NCBI GenBank assembly: GCA_963745975.1
Contig: CAVUZJ010000018.1
Span: forward strand, 119,715-183,714
DNA length: 64,000 bases
Direction: 5' to 3'
Source: an uncultured Pseudomonadota bacterium
GTDB taxonomy: Bacteria > Pseudomonadota > Alphaproteobacteria > Acetobacterales > Acetobacteraceae
The notes beneath the pieces were generated by a model, which was not told where the DNA came from, made no database searches, and saw only the letters and a program-made list of their open reading frames with translations. A program made the translations under genes and the position numbers. Positions 60,127-64,000 of the stretch are shown piece after piece. The first letter of the stretch is position 1. The number at the start of each line of letters is the position of its first letter.

Positions 60127-60825
60127 ATGTCCGATCCCCTCCCCCCGCCCTCTCCGCCCGACGACCGGGCCTTCGACGAAGCGCTAATCGCGGCTGCCTT
60201 CCGTCTTGCGGCGACCGAGGGGTGGCGCAACCTCCGCATCGCGGCGGCCGCCCGCGCGGCCGCCCTGCCGCTCTCCCGCGCCCGGCTACGCTTTCCCACG
60301 CGGGGGATTCTTTTGGTCCGGTTCGGCCGAATGGCGGACGCCGCGGCACTGGACGAGGCAGCCGAGGAGGGCACAGCCCGCGATCGGCTGTTCGCGATGC
60401 TGATGCGCCGGCTCGACGCCTTCCAGGCCAACCGCGAGGGCGTGCTGGCGCTGCTCGAAGACCTTCCCTTCCGGCCCCGCACCGCCCTCCTCCTGGCCGC
60501 GCTCACGGAAGCCAGCATGAGCTGGATTCTCGGTGCCGCCGGCGTCGGCACGTCTGGCCTCGCCGGAAAGCTTCGCGTCAAGGGGCTGACCGCCGTTTGG
60601 GTTTGGACGCTGCGCGCGTGGCAGCGCGACCAGACGGCGGATCTGGCGCCGACCATGGCCGTGCTCGATGCCGCGCTCGGCCGCGCCGAGCGCGCCGCAG
60701 GATGGCTTGCCTCCCTGCCCTTTTCCGGGCGCACTTCCAGGCCGAACGCCGAAGAGGAGCCAGCGGAGAAGGAAGACGAAAAGAAGGAAGACGGAGAGAA
60801 GAAAGGTCCGGAAACAGAGGCGTAG
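60127..60825 (+). CDS. Hypothetical protein, TetR-fold/COQ9-like helical protein with an acidic-lysine-rich tail
   Basis: FDEALIAAAFRLAATEGWRNLRIAAAARAA...RDRLFAMLMRRLDAF...; C-terminal EEEPAEKEDEKKEDGEKKGPETEA. Family assignment from memory is weak. GTG 60118 is the alternative start. Confidence 0.5.
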   Translation: MSDPLPPPSPPDDRAFDEALIAAAFRLAATEGWRNLRIAAAARAAALPLSRARLRFPTRGILLVRFGRMADAAALDEAAEEGTARDRLFAMLMRRLDAFQANREGVLALLEDLPFRPRTALLLAALTEASMSWILGAAGVGTSGLAGKLRVKGLTAVWVWTLRAWQRDQTADLAPTMAVLDAALGRAERAAGWLASLPFSGRTSRPNAEEEPAEKEDEKKEDGEKKGPETEA

Positions 60826-60996
60826 GGCGCAAGAGCGCCCCCCCGGGCGGATTCCTTTTGGACGGCTTCCTTTTGGAGTGAGAGACTCTGTCCGCCGGGC
60901 CCAGGGTGCGCTAGATTGGACGGAATGGGTCATGGTTCGTCGCAGACCGGCCGCCACGTCCTGTGAGGGCAAGGCCCAGGCAAAGGAGATGGCGCC

Positions 60997-61461
60997 ATGG
61001 CAGCAAGACCCGAGGGCTCGCAAGGCAAGCCGGCGGGAACCGGGTTCCCGGATTTCGCTGGACTGTTCGCCAATCTGAAGTTGCCCTCGGTTGGCGACGT
61101 AGAGCCCCTCCTGCGCCAGCATCAGCGCAACATGGAGGCGCTTGCCGCGGCCAATCGCGTGGCGCTCGAAGGGGCACAGGCCTACGCCAAGCGCCATATG
61201 GAGATCGTCCAGCAAAGCCTGGCCGAACTTACCCAGTCGCTGCAGGCGCTGGCCCAGCCGGGTTCGCCGCAGACCAAGGTGGCCAAGCAGGTCGAGCTCA
61301 TCAAGCACGCCTACGAGCACACCGTGTCCAACATGAAGGAGCTTGGCGACCTCATTCAGCGCTCGAACAACGAGGCAATCCAGCTCCTCAACCAGCGCTT
61401 CGCCGAAGCGATGGACGATATCAAGACCATGATGGCCAAGGCGGAGCACAAGGGGCCCTGA
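60997..61461 (+). CDS. Phasin family protein
   Basis: LLRQHQRNMEALAAANRVALEGAQAYAKRHMEIVQQSLAEL... matches the typical alphaproteobacterial phasin pattern. 154 aa. Confidence 0.85.
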   Translation: MAARPEGSQGKPAGTGFPDFAGLFANLKLPSVGDVEPLLRQHQRNMEALAAANRVALEGAQAYAKRHMEIVQQSLAELTQSLQALAQPGSPQTKVAKQVELIKHAYEHTVSNMKELGDLIQRSNNEAIQLLNQRFAEAMDDIKTMMAKAEHKGP

Positions 61462-61514
61462 GCGGAAGGGCCAGCCCGCCCGCCTTCGCGTTCCCTCGTC
61501 TCGCAGCCTCCCCG

Positions 61515-62495
61515 ATGCAGCGGCTCGACCGATTCATGGCAACGGCGAACGCGCGCTATTATGCGAGCGGCGATCCGTTCCGCGAGTTCGCGACGGCGCC
61601 CGAGATTTCCCAGGCGTTCGGCGAGATCGTCGGGCTCTGGGCGGCGACGGTGTGGGAGGGGCTCGGCCGGCCGGACCCGGTAAGGCTGGTGGAGCTGGGG
61701 CCCGGGCGCGGCACGCTAATGGCGGACGCGCTACGGGCCGTGACGAAGGTGGCCGCGCCCTTCCGCTCGGCACTCCGCCTCCATCTCGTCGAGACCTCGC
61801 CCACGCTCCGCGCCGCGCAGGCGGCCCTGCTGCCCGACGCCGCCTGGCACGAGCGGTTCGAGGAGGTGCCGCCCGGCCCGATCCTGCTGCTCGCCAACGA
61901 GTTCCTCGACGCCCTGCCCATCCGCCAGTTCGTCCGCCACCCGGAGGGGTGGATGGAACGCTTCGTGGGCGCGGGCGGGCGGTTCGTCGAGCGACCGGCG
62001 GCTGCACCCGCCAGCGCGGCGACGGATTCCGTCGGTGCGGTCATCGAGGTGTGCGAACCGGCGCTCCGGCTCGCCTCGCTCATCGGCGCGCGGCTCCGGG
62101 CGAGCCCGGGTGCGGCGCTCTTCATCGATTACGGGCCGGCGGCGAGTGCGGCGGGCGAGAGCCTCCAGGCGCTGCGCGGCGGCCGGCCGGCCGATCCGCT
62201 CGCGGATCCCGGCAGCGCCGACCTCTCCGCGCATGTCGATTTCCAGTCCTTCGCGCTCGCCGCCCAAGCTGCCGGCGCGGTTATCTCCGGGCCCGTCCCG
62301 CAGGGGCCCTTCCTCACAAGGCTCGGGCTCTTCCAGCGCCTCGACCGGCTGGCACGTGGGCGAGGGCCAGCCGAGGCGGCCGCCCTGCTCGCCGCCGGGC
62401 GGCGGCTCGCCGAGCCGGACGGGATGGGAAGGCTCTTCAAGGGGCTCGGCCTCGCGAGCCCGGACGGGCCGGAGCTCCCGGGATTTTCGCCGTGA
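61515..62495 (+). CDS. MidA/NDUFAF7-like class I SAM-dependent methyltransferase (DUF185)
   Basis: Start MQRLDRFMATANARYY at 61515. FATAPEISQAFGE, LVELGPGRGTLMAD, ANEFLDALP, DLSAHVDF. Confidence 0.8.
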   Translation: MQRLDRFMATANARYYASGDPFREFATAPEISQAFGEIVGLWAATVWEGLGRPDPVRLVELGPGRGTLMADALRAVTKVAAPFRSALRLHLVETSPTLRAAQAALLPDAAWHERFEEVPPGPILLLANEFLDALPIRQFVRHPEGWMERFVGAGGRFVERPAAAPASAATDSVGAVIEVCEPALRLASLIGARLRASPGAALFIDYGPAASAAGESLQALRGGRPADPLADPGSADLSAHVDFQSFALAAQAAGAVISGPVPQGPFLTRLGLFQRLDRLARGRGPAEAAALLAAGRRLAEPDGMGRLFKGLGLASPDGPELPGFSP

Positions 62496-63271
62496 GGACC
62501 GAGGCGCTGGCGCTTTCCGCCGATCAACTCGGCGTGCCGCACGGATTCTTCACCCGCCTGGGCGGCGTCTCGTCGGGGCCGTACGCGACGCTCAATTGCG
62601 GGCTGGCGAGCGGCGATACGCGCGAGGCGGTGATCGAGAACCGGGCGCGCGCCGCGCGGGCGATCGGCGCCGATCCCGCGCTTCTGTTCGTGCTGAAGCA
62701 GGTGCACGGGACAAGGGTGATGACGGTCGGCGGCCCGCTATGGGAGCCGGGGGCCGGGCCGGACGCGGACGCCATGGTGACCGACCGGCCCGGCGCGGTG
62801 CTTGGGATCGTCACCGCCGATTGCGCCCCGGTGCTGCTCGCCGATCCGGAGGCGGGCATTGTCGGCGCGGCCCATGCCGGGTGGCGCGGCGCCGCAACGG
62901 GGGTGCTGGAAGCAACGCTCGCCGCAATGCGCTCGGTCGGCGCCGCCCCTGCGCGGATCCGCGCCGCCATCGGCCCCGCAATCGGCCAGGTTTCCTACGA
63001 AGTCGGGCCCGACGTCCGCGACGCTGTGCTCGGGCACAACCCGGGTAACGGGCGGTTCTTCGCCCCCGGCGGGCGCGACGAGCACTGGCTCTTCGACCTG
63101 CCGGGCTACTGCGCCGCGCGCCTTGCCGCCGCCGGCCTTACCGCCATCACCACGCTCGAGGCGGACACCGCCGCCGACGAGGAGCGCTTCTTCAGCCACC
63201 GCCGCCGCGTGCTCGCCGGCGGCGGACCGATCGGACATCAGATCTCGCTCATCATGCTGCCCGCTTCATGA
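62492..63271 (+). CDS. pgeF: Peptidoglycan editing factor PgeF (YfiH/laccase-domain family)
   Basis: GTG 62492 (GTGA overlap). HGFFTRLGG, KQVHG, TADCAPVLL, AHAGWRG, FSHRR. Confidence 0.88.
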   Translation: MRTEALALSADQLGVPHGFFTRLGGVSSGPYATLNCGLASGDTREAVIENRARAARAIGADPALLFVLKQVHGTRVMTVGGPLWEPGAGPDADAMVTDRPGAVLGIVTADCAPVLLADPEAGIVGAAHAGWRGAATGVLEATLAAMRSVGAAPARIRAAIGPAIGQVSYEVGPDVRDAVLGHNPGNGRFFAPGGRDEHWLFDLPGYCAARLAAAGLTAITTLEADTAADEERFFSHRRRVLAGGGPIGHQISLIMLPAS

Positions 63272-64000
63272 GGGGTTGGCCATTGCCGGCCGCCGCGCTC
63301 GTGCTCGCGCTCGCGGGCTGCGGCGATTTTCCGAGGCCTTTCCAGGGCAATCCCGGAGCCACCGCGCTCCGCCTCGCGGTGCCGCCGCCGCCCCTGCTCG
63401 CGGTGCCGGCGCCGCCCGCGGCACTTCTCGCCGACGAAGCGAGCCGGAAGTTCGCCGCCGACATCGCGACCGCGCTCGCCGACCGCACGGTGCCCGCTGT
63501 CGCGGCGCCGACGCGGCCCGGCGACTGGCAGCTCGCGATCAGCGCCTCGCTGGAGAAGAGCGAGGTGATCCCGCGCTACACGGTGATCGACCCGATCCGG
63601 CGCAAACAGGGCTCGATCGCCGGCACGCCTGTGCCGGCGGAGGAGTGGGCGAACGCCGATCCGGCCGCGCTCGAGAAGACGGCGAACGCCGACGCGCCGG
63701 CGATCGCCAATCTGCTCACCGAGATCGATGCGCGGCTCAAGCGAAGCAATCCCGAGAGCCTGATGAACCGGCCCGCGAAGGTCTTCTTCGCCGGCGTGCG
63801 GAACGCGCCCTACGACGGCGACATCGTGCTCGCCCGGGCCGTGCGCACGGACCTGCCGGCGCTCGGGGTCCCGCTCCAGGCAAGCCAGACCGGCGCCGAC
63901 TTCTCGGTGATCGGAGAGGTCAAGGTGACGCCGGCAAAACAGCCCGACCAGGTGCAGGTCGAGCTGCAATGGGTGGTGAGCGACGCGAGAGGACGCGAGC
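63268..64000 (+). CDS. Putative lipoprotein, 3' end outside window
   Basis: Not in the ORF track because it has no in-window stop. ATGA overlap with the pgeF stop. Hand translation MRGWPLPAAALVLALAGCGDF... gives a lipobox LAGC. The frame is open and GC3-rich to the window end. Confidence 0.6.
   Translation, partial: MRGWPLPAAALVLALAGCGDFPRPFQGNPGATALRLAVPPPPLLAVPAPPAALLADEASRKFAADIATALADRTVPAVAAPTRPGDWQLAISASLEKSEVIPRYTVIDPIRRKQGSIAGTPVPAEEWANADPAALEKTANADAPAIANLLTEIDARLKRSNPESLMNRPAKVFFAGVRNAPYDGDIVLARAVRTDLPALGVPLQASQTGADFSVIGEVKVTPAKQPDQVQVELQWVVSDARGRE

Overview
High-GC (about 70-80%) chromosomal segment with alphaproteobacterial gene content and synteny (Rhodospirillales/Acetobacteraceae-like; this is inference). 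It is mostly core genome. It contains ctaE-surf1, aspS, rnd, tsaB-rimI, the F1 ATP synthase operon atpHAGDC preceded by priA, DUF484-xerC-czcD, ndk, holC, etfBA-hbd-bioY, lgt, hldD, ubiK-ybjN-proC, pgeF, PHB-related genes (phaZ, phasin, hbd) and two ABC importers. Many long ORFs in the supplied track are GC-driven antisense or N-terminally over-extended artefacts, so starts were re-picked at the first plausible start of the recognisable domain. The ORF track omits ORFs that lack an in-window stop, so two partial genes at the window edges were added by hand. The most interesting signal is not an ORF: 12953..13276 (minus) is a tRNA-Leu(UAA) gene split between U34 and A35 by a 237-nt ORF-less group I intron whose full P1-P9 core can be paired by hand. 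Secondary observations are listed as findings. They include an in-frame OoxA/HcnB-like plus OoxB/HcnC-like oxidoreductase fusion, a visibly lower-GC operon (polar amino-acid ABC importer, unknown beta-propeller protein, class IV aminotransferase), and a xylulokinase missing about 80 internal residues. They also include a frameshifted AstE/AspA-family gene, a compound palindromic element between two convergent stop codons, and a 3 x 11-bp G-rich tandem repeat. No CRISPR array, transposase, phage module, rRNA or recognisable defence system was seen.
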